Source of the DNA: Selaginella moellendorffii
Taxonomy: Eukaryota; Plantae; Lycopodiophyta
Reading direction: 5' to 3'
NCBI RefSeq assembly: GCF_000143415.4
Contig: NW_003314294.1
Span: 687,453-751,452, forward strand
DNA: 64,000 bases
Part shown: positions 27,200 through 39,699 of the stretch, in pieces
Layout: each line of letters starts with the position of its first letter
Position numbering within the stretch: the first letter of the stretch is position 1
Notes under the pieces: model-generated
Database searches by the model: none
Told to the model about the DNA's origin: nothing
What the model saw: only the letters and a program-made list of their open reading frames with translations
Position numbers and translations under genes: made by a program

Positions 27200-28795
27200 T
27201 CATGGTTGACCGCTGGTTTTGGGAGGCACAATGACCATGCTTGTGCTTCCAGATTGCTGGAGAGTTTTGGTGATGGAAAGATCGATGTTAAACGCTGCGG
27301 ACACTACGTCTTGTGGCATGGCGCTGTAGATGGAATTGTTCCCGGCCAAGAACGACACAATTGGCCTGCGTTGAAACAAGTAATCAAACAAAGGCAAAGA
27401 ATGCCAAGGATTGTTAGAATGATCCCAGACATTACACAAACAAATAAGAGAGTTTGGACGACGACTTACGTGTGGGTGGTGAGAATGGAGACGAAGTCCA
27501 TTCCATTAGGACCAGCGATGGCGGTCGAGGGGAACGTTTTGGGGATGACAGCCACGGAACCCTCCTGGAGATCCAAGTCGAGAGCCCGATCACCAAAGCT
27601 ATTCACGACTTGGAGCTTGCCATTTCCTGCGTGCACGTAGATAAATTGGTGGCCATTGAGGAACCAGTTTGGAGCCACCATTGCACCCTGAAAATTCAAA
27701 TAAAAATCATAACAAGGAAATAAAGGTGGTACCTTGCTCAATCGCACGCATTCAGCACCCAACCCAACGTATTTAAGGATTGGCATCTTGAGGCTGTTGA
27801 GCTCACGAACTTCGCCACCTCGATTGACCTGGTAATCAGGAGTGGCATCTGCATAGTGGTAGACAAAACCCGCATTCTTCTTGCTCTGACCTTGATCTTG
27901 CCCAGTGCCTGGGTTTTGGCTTTGACGGTTCTGATCCTGGTTCTGGGCCGATGAACTCTGGTTCTGGTTTTGGCTTTGGCTGCCTGAGTTATCCCTTGAA
28001 AGATGATTAGACATGAATTTGGAAGATTTGGGTGGCATCACCAATCCACTCTCTTGCTGACTCTCAAGTATCTTTTTCACAACCCCTTCTGAAGTCTCCC
28101 AAGCCTGAGAAAGGATCTTGCTGCTGAATCCCCGGACAACGCTTCCCGATCCACCCTTCTCCTTGCCTTTGTTTCCAGCCAAGAAGAACACCTAAAACAA
28201 AAGTGTCAACTTTTTGCAAGGATTTCAACAAGTATATATTGTCACCTTTTCTGAGATGCGCTCAAGGTTGAGCTTCATATCTCCCACACAGATCACAATC
28301 GCGTCGCTGGCTCCATTATTTCGCCACCATGTTGCAACACCCGGAGGAAGAGCCACAACATCTCCTTTGTCGAGCTTGTAAACGTTCTCCTTGTTGTTCA
28401 TATCCATTGGGTTGATCACTCCAGCATCCACATTTCCTGGTTTTCATTACAAACACCAATGCATAAAAACATATATGCACGAAAATCTAAAATCCTTGGA
28501 AAATGGGGATCAAACCTTGGATTACGACTTTAATTGCCGGGATATCCACGTATGCCGGCATCAAAAGCGCTCCCGGCTTGATTGTGATTCTTCCAGCGGC
28601 AATGCTGGCGTCTTTCATGGCAGGAAATGATTCCCCTGTCCACATCTCGATCATTCCCCCATTTCCTCGGAACACAGTCTTGGGCTCCTTGGGCTTCAAA
28701 TCCTTGAAACACTTGACATCCTCGAATGGATCGCTACTTGCAACAGCAGCAGCAATCGTCAAAACCAGGAAAACCACTATAAATCTCGCTGCCAT
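27200..28795 (-). CDS. 11S globulin/legumin-like bicupin storage protein with signal peptide and Q/N-rich linker; 5 exons
   Basis: Two cupin domains (PGALLMPAY..; KGDVVALPPGVATWWRN; GAMVAPNW..FIYVHAGNGKLQVV; SFLAGNNSIYSAMP..VVSAAFN); GT-AG introns. Confidence 0.88.
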
Positions 28796-28878
28796 CTTGA
28801 TGAATCCAACGAGAAGAAAGAACTTCTATTAGAAGAATTCAAGAACAACAAGTCAGCCTGGTATGTTTCAAATAAATG

Positions 28879-28952
28879 TATTTATACCGGAGATAGGATG
28901 CATGGGTTAATCATGTAAGAGACTTGGCACAACCACAGTATGCCACGCGGCA
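28879..28952 (-). promoter_or_regulatory. Cupin promoter: TATA box, RY element and CE3/ABRE-like motif
   Basis: TATAAATA (reverse 28879-28886), CATGCAT (28898-28904), GCCACGCGGC (28942-28951). Confidence 0.5.
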
Positions 28953-29309
28953 GAAATGGACAAAATCCTAGACTCCAGGTGAAAAACACCGCTTCCAGTT
29001 AGGTAGTCACAAGATGTGTAAGAGCAGCGAAGAGCGGTCACATTTTGCCGCGGCCCACAATCTACGACGTTTCTTGTCACCACCTTTAAGTTCGATTAAC
29101 TTTCTCCATAAAGGAAATCCGCTCGAAGCTCAAACGATATGGGCGTGAAAGCCAGCAAATCGTAAGATTATTCGTTCGCAAGTCCAGTTTAAATTGTGTT
29201 GCCGCGAATTTTGTACGTGGAAGTTATAAGAGGACATAGAAACATTTTTTAAGTTCTGACGAAGAGGACTCGCCAGTAGTTGCCTCCATCCCCAATGAGA
29301 TCGATCACT

Positions 29310-30212
29310 AATCTTCTCGAGAAAATATGGCCTCGTTCTCCATCTTAAGCTGGGAATGGTTCCAATTGTAGTGGGGCAATAATTCCAGCCGAAACGATAG
29401 CCCCTCACCATTCAAAGTTCTTCCAGGCCTTACGTTCTCGTTGGAGTATTTCTCTTATAGAACTTTACTGCGGAATGGGGATTCACTCCCGGGTGAGCAC
29501 TGGGAGAACATGCGAAATTTGTGTGTCACGAAGCTCTTCATCATGAATCGAATTGACTGATCGTTTGCAAGAAAGGAGGAGATTTCTCTAATACCAAAAT
29601 ATTGGGAACACCTGAGAAATCTCTTGATCATGTATGGTTTTAACGTAGACTGTGAGTTCTTCAGCGAGAACGGAGCTTTACTGGATGCTGATCAAGGGAG
29701 AGAGTTTAAGCAAGTTTCAAAGTAGACTATAAAGAGGCTCTCAAGTTCCATACTAGTGAGTTATTAAAACGATTTTATGAATATACGTTTCTTAAGATTC
29801 ATAGCAATTTTAAATTGCTTTACTTGCTGATACAAGTCCCTAATGCAGGAATGACAGCTGATACAAGTGCCTCAAGAGGGTCAAATGGGTTCTACCGGAA
29901 CTTCTTCTCAATCCACATGCCATGGAATGTTGAGAAGAGTTAGTCAAATTAGCTGGCCCAACTCAGTCAACAAGAAAAATGTAATTTGCATGCTGTCATA
30001 AAGAGATAATAAGGCTCCATCCACCAACATGCTCTTAGTTCCCCACAATTCAATGTTGCAAAATTGCCATTCCTAAAGGAACCGAATCCAAAAGTTTGGG
30101 ATAACCAAGATGTCCAGGATTAAAGGCCAAAACTTTGATCTGGTTCCCTTTGGATTCGGGCGAAGAACTTGCCCCAGAATGATTCTTGGGCGTAGGAACG
30201 TCCAACTTGTTC
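29310..30212 (+). pseudogene. Degenerate inverted copy of the P450 gene
   Basis: AAATATGGCC..AAGCTGGGAATGGTTCCAA, CTGGATGCTGATCAAG and CCCTTTGGATTCGGGCGAAGAACTTGCCC match the reverse complement of 19872-21408, with many deletions. Confidence 0.85.
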
Positions 30213-30980
30213 TTCAAAGAAACTTTTGGCTTGATCCGAGTGCTCGTTTCCTGTCACTGACGAGAGCATGATGTCGCGAGAGATGAGATAATGCCGTGGA
30301 AGAGCTGCTGCGAATCTTCGGGGCTGCCAACTTGCCATTAAGAGATTAGGGAGATAGAGGCTGTGCCTGTGCGAGTGGATGCGCCCCTCTGCAGGATTTG
30401 ATGAGATCCGCGTAGAAGAACACCGATCGCCTCCCAAGATCGCATGTGAAACATTTGGCGCCAAGAAAATTTTCAACCATATTCGTGCCTTCAGCCGCAT
30501 CTCCATATTAGAAGTTTCGTGATAAACGTTTACTCACAATGTTCAGCTCCTAGAAGCAAAGAGATTGACGAGAGGACAGTCAAGGAAATGTTATAACGTG
30601 GTAATGCGAGCTTCCGCGTTTCTTGAAAATTCGAAGATACTTGGACTATTATGCTCTAAACTTCAGTTGAGCATTTAGAGACTGCAACGCTAACGTTTGA
30701 AAGAATGCCTAAGAGGAGCGAAGTCTCTTAGTACGATTGAAAGAAAGGAGATGCCAAAACATCAAAAGAGAGTTTTGTGATGGGGAATTAATATCGTAGC
30801 TTCTTGCATCCTCTTACCGGGAATGGTGATTTGGAGCAAAGAAACTGGTTCTTGATGTGATGCCTGTAATGTTGTAATGCTGGCTTACATGAAGAACACG
30901 GGGATTTTAGAAGCAAAAGCGATGCTCGATCATGCCGTGGAACACAATGCTGATTGCCTACGCTCAAAATGGTAGCAAGA
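30213..30980. pseudogene. Degenerate PPR copy: 5' part on the minus strand (30213-30480), remainder on the plus strand (30520-30980)
   Basis: GAGATCCGCGTAGAAGAACACCGATCGCC matches 19763-19791 directly; TTTGAAAGAATGCCT and other stretches match 18800-19480 in reverse. Confidence 0.8.
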
Positions 30981-30999
30981 GTTTTAGTTGTGAAACCTA

Positions 31000-33400
31000 A
31001 GTGGAAAGGATACAAGCCTTGCACCTTTCACCAAAAGCAGATCACCAGATACCTGTCACCTATTGTATATGCAACCGACCCCATCAACTGACTTATGAAC
31101 AAGGTGATCTCCGTCTCACCTCCCGCTTGCCAATGCGGGCATAATTTCTGTTGGCATTGTTGGCACCTCTGCCCATATTCCTCATCCTCTACGTTTTCGT
31201 GTTCTCAGCACATTCCGCATTCGGGAGCCTCAACATGTTTGCGGAAGATCCCAATTTCAAGCTTGATGCCACCACGAAGCAGGTCGTAGTTGCTCGATTC
31301 TCCTCTCTCATAGATAAGGAAATCCCTTTGGGGCTAGACTATTCTATGAGCCTGTCTTTCTTTAACACTGTTCAGCTTGCAAACAGCAATTCGATTGTCC
31401 TGAGCATGCTTGTGCGGGATCCTTCCATTTGTCAAGCTGCTTCCAAAGTCGTGAATTCGAGCATGCTGCGGGATGAACGTTGGTCTCAGAGCTGGAGCTG
31501 CTTATGAACAGGACCTATGGAGCTGCATATACCATCTCGGGACAGCTTCAAGTCGGTTACCATATCAAGGGTATCAGTGCTAGAGGAAATGATGGTTGCA
31601 CTTGGCTCCGGCAAATTCCAGGATTGATTATAACTGCGATGGCTACACATAACACGATACTCTGGAAAGCCGCACCATCCTCAACACGTTACACGCCAGA
31701 TGCAAGCTCACCTCACGGGATCAGGCTTACGAGCTGGAGATGCAACAGGACTGCAAAGTGTTGTTGCGGGATTTGACTTTCAACAGGAGCATTTGGCCAC
31801 CAGTTTTACTCACTGCTTATACGGGCCCTGGCTGCTCTTTAGTTCTTGGACCCGATGGTCATGTGGTATTGCATGGTCCCACGGGAAATCGGTTGTGGAG
31901 TAACCCAGGTACATCTAGTCCCAATATCTCTACTATATTGAGAGTGCAGAACGATGGGAATCTAGTAGCATACAGGCTTCATCAATCAGAAGGCTTACGT
32001 GCGATATGGAGCACTGGAATACCGAGTGAGCCATTTTGATGCTATAATTTTTCTCGCTGACAGCGTAAGCTCCAGGTGCACCAGGTCCACGTGGGTTGAG
32101 TTCACCAGGTGCATCTCCAGAATCACCACGCAAAAAATCACGGACCCAGATAATACTGATCCTGTCGTTGGTGCCTTTTACTGCATCATTATCATGCGTT
32201 CTGATCGTCGTATATTGGATACACAATAGGAGCAAGGCAGGCGCAGGTACTTTACCGTTCATGAATGTTGTTTCATCTCTGAAACTCTTCGTATATGTTC
32301 ATCAGCAACGCGTATAGAACTTGCGGAGACCAAGGCATACTCTTACCAAGAACTCAGTGAGGCGACAATGGGATTTAACGCCCAGAATGAAATTGGAGAA
32401 GGGGGATTTGCAGTTGTCTATAAGGTAAATCTAAAAGTTAACATCCTTCATTGTTTCGTTTACATCCCAGTAAACAGGGAATGTTGGAGGGACAGACCGT
32501 TGCAATTAAGTACCTGAAGTTCCATTCTGAAGAAATTCAGTGCCATTTTGTTAGAGAGGTCAAAACAATTTCTGCCCTCCATCACACAAATCTCGTTAAG
32601 CTGCAAAACGACTATCAACTATTAGTGTACGAGTACATGACAAGAAAAAGCCTCCGACATGCTTTGGATGGTAAGCCTTAAATTTCTCGTTTTAGATTCA
32701 GTCTCTACAATATTTGCAGAAGCAGAAATGTAACTGTTCGGAAGACAAGATTTGAAATATGTCTTGGAGTTGCAGAAGGATTGGCGTATTTGTGCTCAGG
32801 GAAAAACATTGTTCACAGGGATATAAAACCTGGCAACATGCTACTTGACGAAAGGTTTCAACCGAAAATTACAGATTATGGCCTGGTGGAGCTCATACCG
32901 GATGGCAAAACTCATTACACCATAACACCAGCAGGAACCCGTGAGTGCATTTTACACCTTATGAATCTTCTCTCTGACTATTTGTAAGTTTTTCAGTGGC
33001 TACATCCCTCTGGAATATGCACAAGGATAGCTAACTTTCAAAGCTGATGAATACGCATTTGGGCAATTTATACTGGAGGATGAAACACTAGAAAATTATA
33101 GAAAGAAGTCACTCATTATATATTGATATGGAAATGTCTCTTAAAGATCACGGTGAAACAGAGATCACCTTGTTTATAAGTCACTTTAAAGTAGGTTCTT
33201 GGGGTTGCATGGTGACTGATATATGGCAAATTGCTTTTCAGGGAACAGGTGGAGTCTTGTCTCCTTTTAAGCCATCGATATGCCCACCACTACCAAACTC
33301 CACTCATGCATTTTGTTTGCTCGCAGCCAAGCTTTGTCACCAGAGATCTTTAGAATTGTGTTTGGAACCTGCATCCTCAATTGGGAGCTTTCTTTATGTT
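31000..33400. pseudogene. F-box gene 3' fragments flanking the lectin kinase (31000-31126 minus; 33148-33278 plus; 33285-33400 minus)
   Basis: Translate to GETEIT...PFKPS and MHEWSLVVVG, homologous to 37902-38110. Confidence 0.7.
31133..33080 (+). pseudogene. Bulb-type (G-type) lectin receptor kinase pseudogene
   Basis: Signal-like N terminus, LVLGPDGHVVL and LRVQNDGNLVAY B-lectin motifs, TM, YSYQELSEAT..IGEGGF, IVHRDIKPGNMLLD; frameshifts and an in-frame TAG near 33028. Confidence 0.8.
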
Positions 33401-35722
33401 TGAGAGTGTGAAGTGGAGTGGCTTGAGGCTTGCAACACCCCATGTAAATACATTCAGCTGAGAGTTTTGGTGTTGTTATTGACACTTTCAGGGGTAACAC
33501 TTTCAGGGGTAACGGTCCTTATTACTTTAGAATTGATAGATAGATAGATTTAGCATAATGTCATGTCGTCACACTCTCTTGGAGGTCAAAATCCATTTTA
33601 TGGGCAACTTTATATGCTAGGTATATAAGAAGTCACAAATATAAGGCATCAAAACCCATTTAATACAAGTTATTAATGAGATTTATTATTATATCTTGAT
33701 ACACTCCTCCATCATATTAATTTATATGCATAAGCTTATAGAATGATGTATGAAATGGAACAAAAAGAACTTTATGAAATAACAATTACAAGCTGTTCTT
33801 TATGTGGTGTTTATATGTTACTAAGGAATGAAGGAATTAATTATTAATGCTATAGTATACCACAAATAAATGATGTTACTATTGTTTTTATTAGAAGAAC
33901 CATGAAAGTTATATATATCTTATGGCAAATATTTATAGAAAGATTTTAAAACACTTGATGTTAATTCCCTTGATATTTCCTTTTGGTAAGATACACAATG
34001 ATAACCACATTACTTCTAGATTATGCATATTGCTTATTTAAAAGAGACACATTACAATTAAGTTTTGACCAAATCTTGTAAGCCAACAACTTTAATTAAT
34101 TTTGGTTAATCAAGTGCTTAATTCAGGACCAGGATGATCCAACAAGACAAAGATAAAATAAAACCTGCTTAGCCACCTATGTAGAATATTATTTATGAGG
34201 CAGCAGCATAGCCTATGGCATGCTTGATCGTAAGTTTCTCAGGGGAATTCAAGGGATTTGATTGATAGGCATGTGTTTCCAGGTGAAATTCAAGGCACTC
34301 ATCCTCCCGAATCCTAGGTGCAACTTGTAGATGCGATCATGGAAAGGGCAATGGCTATGGTTTTTCATCCAATTCTTCACGACACAGAAGTGTATAGACC
34401 AGTGCAATACTTTGTAACAGCGAGACCTTGGCTGGGTAAGCATACTATTCTTTGCTTGAGGATTGGAACTCCACATTTTCTTTGTTTTTTTTTTCTTGGC
34501 TAGATCTTTACAATACCAGGATACGTCCTGTTACTCAAAGCTACCAGATCGAACTTGATCCTTCTCTAGTACATTAGAAACTTTCCGAAGATATACTTCA
34601 TAAGGAATGTACCATCTAAAGCTCCATTTTTTTCTTCATTTGCTGTTCTAAGTTTGCTGCTTACAGATTTTTATGTCTATCTCCCTACACACTGGGAAAA
34701 GTGTCGTGTGTGTGCAGGAAGTGGCAATATGCTATTTGCAATCCCGTCTTTTGGCACTTGGCATGCTTGAGGACATGGCAGGCAAGAGCTCTTCTTTCTT
34801 CTTTCCACCTTTTTCATGATTTTGCTGTGATGGCCTAACTTCATGGCGTTGAAGAAAACAGAAAGATATTGAGTCAGGACTATGATAGCTCTTAGCGAAA
34901 AATGTGGCATCATCGTCCCAAGCTTCACTTGGTGGTTTCCTTGCAGTTACTCTTAAGATCTTCGAGTGACTGATGTGCTTCAAAAGCTAGGGATTAAAGT
35001 ACAAAACACGTCACTCCAAGGACCTTTGAGTCCTACTTTCACCATCAATACAGTGTATAAGGAGGTTTTATATTAAATATTTTCACCTCCACCAATTTTC
35101 TATTGAGTGTGATTCTTGCTCCATGCATTGTTTGTAGTGCTGAAAGAAATTCTTGATATAAGTCTAATGAACAAATAAAAAGGCCTGTCTAGAATAGTCC
35201 AATTCCAATTCCAGAAATGGTTTTGAGAGACTTATATTATAACTATGACATTCAAAACAGTATTTGTTAACAATATTTTCAATAATGAGGAGTTGCTAAA
35301 CTTTCTAGGCCACCAAATCCACTCAATGGCAGCCAGGGTAATTGTCAAAGGGTTATTTATATAATCACATTTTAACACTGATGTTTACTCTTAACCAATG
35401 GAAGCAGAAAAGAAAGTGTTATGACGTATATCACATACAAAGTGTTGACCAGCATTGATATTCAACCATTTTGCAGTGGAGACTAGTTGTTGTGTTACTT
35501 GGATTTGATAATTCTTTTTAATGAATTTGATAATTTCTTTTGAGGAAGCACATCCTTATAATTATTTCATCATTTTTTCTTTCAAAGTGGAATTCAATAT
35601 TTTTTGTTTTGATATTATTCCAATGTAGTTTTCAATTTAACAAAATCAATCAAAACAGTAATTTGAATATTCTTTTTTTAACTGGGTGAATTCTAACGAA
35701 GAACCCTAAATATTTTCCCACT

Positions 35723-36909
35723 ATGATGCGAGCTATGGTGCTTGAAGCGCCTGGAAGCGCTCTCAAGCTCACGGAGCTCCCGATTCCAGAGCCTCGCGAC
35801 GGCCAGGTCCGCGTCAAGGTCTCGGCGTGCGCTGTGTGCCGCACGGATCTCCATGTGGTAAGCGCCAGGCTTTGATTTCCTTCCAAAAATCGCCGCGCAG
35901 GTCGACGGCGAGCTCAAGGAGCCCAATCTTCCGATAATCCCTGGTCACGAAATCGTGGGACTGGTGGATAAGATCGGGCGAGGCGTGGATCCTTTGCATT
36001 TTTCAATTGGAGCTAGAGTGGGAATTCCTTGGCTGGGGAGAACTTGCGGGAGCTGCAGCTACTGTGTGGATGGAACTGAGAATTTGTGTGACGAGCCAGG
36101 CTTCACAGGTGAGAAAGCTTTCAAGTTCTTTATTCTTCGTTCCAGTTCTTCTTTGCATGGAAAAAGATTCTTTCTTGCAGGCTATACGATCGATGGTGGC
36201 TATGCCGAGTACGCCGTTGCGAACAGTGCCTACTGCTTCTCCCTTCCGGAGAATTACCCGGACGTGAAAGCCTCTCCACTCCTTTGCGCCGGTCTCATCG
36301 GCTATCGATCACTAAGGATGGCTGGATTCACGCCTGGAATGCCCAAACCCCGCAAGTTTGGAATCTATGGATTTGGAGCTGCTGCTCACATCGCTGCTCA
36401 GGTACACCGAGCTCTTCGACCGCTCTCGAATCGTACAAAAGCTTTGGATCTTCCAGGTGTTGAGACACGAAGGTCATGAAGTGTATGGTTTCACTCGACC
36501 GGGCGACGTAGAGGCACAAGCTTTTGCTCGAAAAGTTGGAGCCACTTGGTCGGGCGATTCCACCGCGTCGCCTCCACAACTCTTGGACGCCGCCATCATC
36601 TTTGCTTCGGTGGGATCGCTGGTACCGCTCGCTCTGGCAGCCATTCGCAAGGGCGGGGTGGTGGTTTGCGGCGGGATTTACATGACTCCAGTCCCCTCGA
36701 TTCCATACGCGGCGATCTGGGGCGAGAGGAGAGTGGTGTCGGTCGCGAATCTCACGCGCTTGGATGCCATCGAGTTCTTGCGAGTGGCTTCGAGCATGGA
36801 GATCAAAACGGAGACAGTGGAGTTCAGATTGGAGGAGGCAAACGAAGCGCTGCGAGCTCTGAGGGAAGGGAAGCTCAATGGGGCAGCAGTTCTTGTTCCA
36901 GGGATCTAG
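35723..36909 (+). CDS. Zn-dependent alcohol dehydrogenase of bacterial type (MDR, CAD2/AdhA-like), 338 aa; exons 35723-35857, 35901-36108, 36181-36401, 36457-36909
   Basis: VCRTDLH, PGHEIVG, RVGIPWLGRTCGSCSYC..ENLC, PLLCAGLIGYRSLR, GIYGFGAAAHI and LDAAIIFA..GERRVVSVANLTR; three GT-AG introns (43, 72, 55 nt) give one open frame. Confidence 0.92.
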
Positions 36910-36912
36910 GTG

Positions 36913-37810
36913 GAAGTGATCTCGTTTGACGGCACGGGCTTTGACAACCTGACGGTATTAAGACGACTTTGCTACGACTGTGTACCATATGGCTTAATTG
37001 TTTTTCTCCAGGCATCTCAACAACGGTGTGATTCCCACTGCGCTGTCTACGATGCCAAAACTATTTCACCTATACGTGATTTTGCGAGTTGCCACTGCTC
37101 ATGATAGTTTTAGTCTTCGCCTTCGTGACAGACTGCTGGAAGACAACAACTTTCCAGGAGCCATACCTCCAGAAATCGGCAGCTTGCCACAGCTGAGAAT
37201 CTTGTGAGAGTTCTCTCTGTTTTCTTTCTTTATGGAGTTGATTGAGCTGCAGATTCTAACTTTTGCTAACTGACAACGACATAGTAATAAACTTGAGGGC
37301 CTCGTACCTGAAACCATCAGTCGCCTGGCTTTCCTCCTCGAGCTGTATGATGGTTTTGATTTTGATTGTCTTACGCTAACTGATGAATATTTGACCATCT
37401 TGTCTGCTATGCAGGTTGCTCCTGCTTTTTCTTCTCTGATACCGTTTTACCAGCGATCAGCGATCAATAGTTTAAACCTTGTCGGACAGATTCCGTGAGG
37501 CAGCGTGAAAGTTTTAAAGACAAAACTTTTTCTTTGTGACTCTTGACATGGTCAACATGCCGGTTTCTGGAGAACCACTTGAATGGTTGCATCGACGCCA
37601 GCCATTGAAACTGCGGTGGAAGAATATGAAGAGTTTTGTCTTGATAGATTTCTTGGCAACTCCACGATTGACCGTCAAACGCCAAAACTTTGAGCTGTAT
37701 CATGTGTGTGTCAAAGTTGGCACCCTGGTGCTCGGATCAAGCCAAGAATTTCTTTGTGATCACAACAAAGTTTTGTGAAAACGCTTATTTACGATGTTCA
37801 ACTCCAATCC
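36913..37810 (+). pseudogene. Collapsed remnant: LRR-RLK fragment (36913-37610), P450 fragment (about 37630-37697), PPR fragment (about 37725-37806)
   Basis: Matches the reverse complements of 24960-25920, 20060-20125 (FCLDRFLGNSTID..QNFEL) and 19440-19545 (GGATCAAGCCAAGA). Confidence 0.75.
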
Positions 37811-37901
37811 CGACAGTTACAAGTGAATGTGTAGCTGAGTTGGTTATGAAGGAGCACATTCTTTCTTGGTTTTCGGCTGCACAGTCTTCCTTGGGATATT
37901 G

Positions 37902-39197
37902 TCATAGTGGATTGAATGATGGCTTAAAAGGATACAACGCACCACCCCTTTGGTGAAAAGCCGTTCGCCAGATACCAGTCACCTCATTGTAAATGCCACC
38001 CGAACACCCTTCAAAGTGAAGCATCAAGAAGGTGATCTCCGTCTCACCTCCCGCCACTACCAAACTCCACTGATGCATATTGCTTGCTAGCAGCCCAACT
38101 TTTCTCAGATTTGCCGGCAGAATCTCTCTAGGCATTGTTGCCAAGGGTCGCCATTGTCTGGATGCTTCGTCCAGATAGACAAAACCAAGGGTTTGTGCAT
38201 CCAGTATAAAGTTCGCAAGCACCAGTTTTCCTGAAACCCAGTGAACACAAAACCAAGCATAAAAAGAAAAAGAAAACATAAACTTACCGGCACAGTAAAC
38301 AAGTGAGGTGTTATTGTTTCGGCATCCGTTGTATGGTTCTTGATGCAAGCCCATGGGAAGACTCGTCCAGGTTGCCAAAGTCGCCACCTTGCCATCTGAA
38401 TCCCACACGTTGACGCACTTGAGTGATCTGGTGTTGTTCTTTGCGATCGTGATAAAGTAGAGCTTGTTCTCCCGTAGAAGCATGCAATCGTTGGCGTCAT
38501 CAAAGGAAGTCTGGGCAATCTCATTCCCGTTTGTGAATACTCGACAAGACGAGACCCATTTGTGAACTCTGGAATCATAAACTTGTAGAACTAGATGGCG
38601 TGCACCTACATACGTTGTCTTGATTCCCTGAACACAAACCACGGAAAACCAAGGCCTGTCGTCACTACCAACTGAAGATTGGATAGCCACGAAAATTATG
38701 GTTGGCTCAGAACCAGGTGGTGGAGGCAGCTTCACCAGGGAACTTAAATCTAAGGGGTTGCAAACCACAGCAGTCCCTAAGGTGTTCAAGGGGAAGTATG
38801 CAAGAACAAGCCCGGCAGAAGACACACAGATACTTGCTGTTTCCATCGTTGTAAACATCTCGATCATCTTTCATGAAAGAGGCCTTGAATTTCCATCACA
38901 GAGACCAACACTGCAAAAACCATCCATGATATACCACTGCCCATTGCAAAACCTGTGAGCTTTGCTATATCCCAAGCCCTGGATTGCGGACTTCCAAGTC
39001 TTGCAGACGCTCTTTCCACGGCAAAGTGCCGGCAGTGGCAAGAAGTTTAGAATGTGGAGCTGGAGTTCCAAAGGCAGCTGGGACCAGCTGGGATGATCCA
39101 GAGCACCTGTAGTTCTACGCCTCACCTTGCGATTCGTGATCATACCATCCCAGTGCCGCTTTTGCTTCTTCTCCGAAATATTGATAAATGGATCCAT
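37902..39197 (-). pseudogene. F-box protein gene with a single in-frame TGA (38873-38871)
   Basis: WSQLPLELQLHILNFLPLPALCRGKSVCKTWK F-box motif; ORFs 39197-38871 and 38867-37902 are in the same frame; one probable short intron at about 38230-38287. Confidence 0.75.
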
Positions 39198-39699
39198 ACC
39201 CTAGCGCAAGGATAAATGATAAAAAGGTAGAAAGAGGAATCTGTCCGGCTCTAGGATGATCCTTAAGTACTGCCCTAGCCACATAAACTTATGCCCCTTT
39301 TCTATGCTGGTAATGGGATGGGAATCGAGTGCAAGACCTCTCATAACTCTGTACCCATTGATTGTGATCAATCTTTTTCCCTTGCTCGGAATAGTTCATT
39401 GAGAGATTAATTCATCTAAAATAGCAAAGACATTATTTCTTCTTTGATCGATCAATGAATCCATGGGTGAAGCATGGAATTTGGATGGAAAAGAGCGATT
39501 GATAAAGAGGTAAATGTTTTATTTTGTATATCTTCTCAGAGCAAAAGAAGGAAGTTTCTAGAATTATGCCTAAATTTAAGCATTTAAAGAAGAAAAACTT
39601 GATCTAGGCAAGAAGTAGTTAGAAATGGTTATAAAATTATGTAGTATATAAGTAACATTTAGTTGGAAAACAACTTCTATTCATTATTATATACATTTT

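Noticed and set aside
33482-33513. 16-bp tandem duplication ACACTTTCAGGGGTAA
   Set aside because: Isolated two-copy slippage with no further structure.
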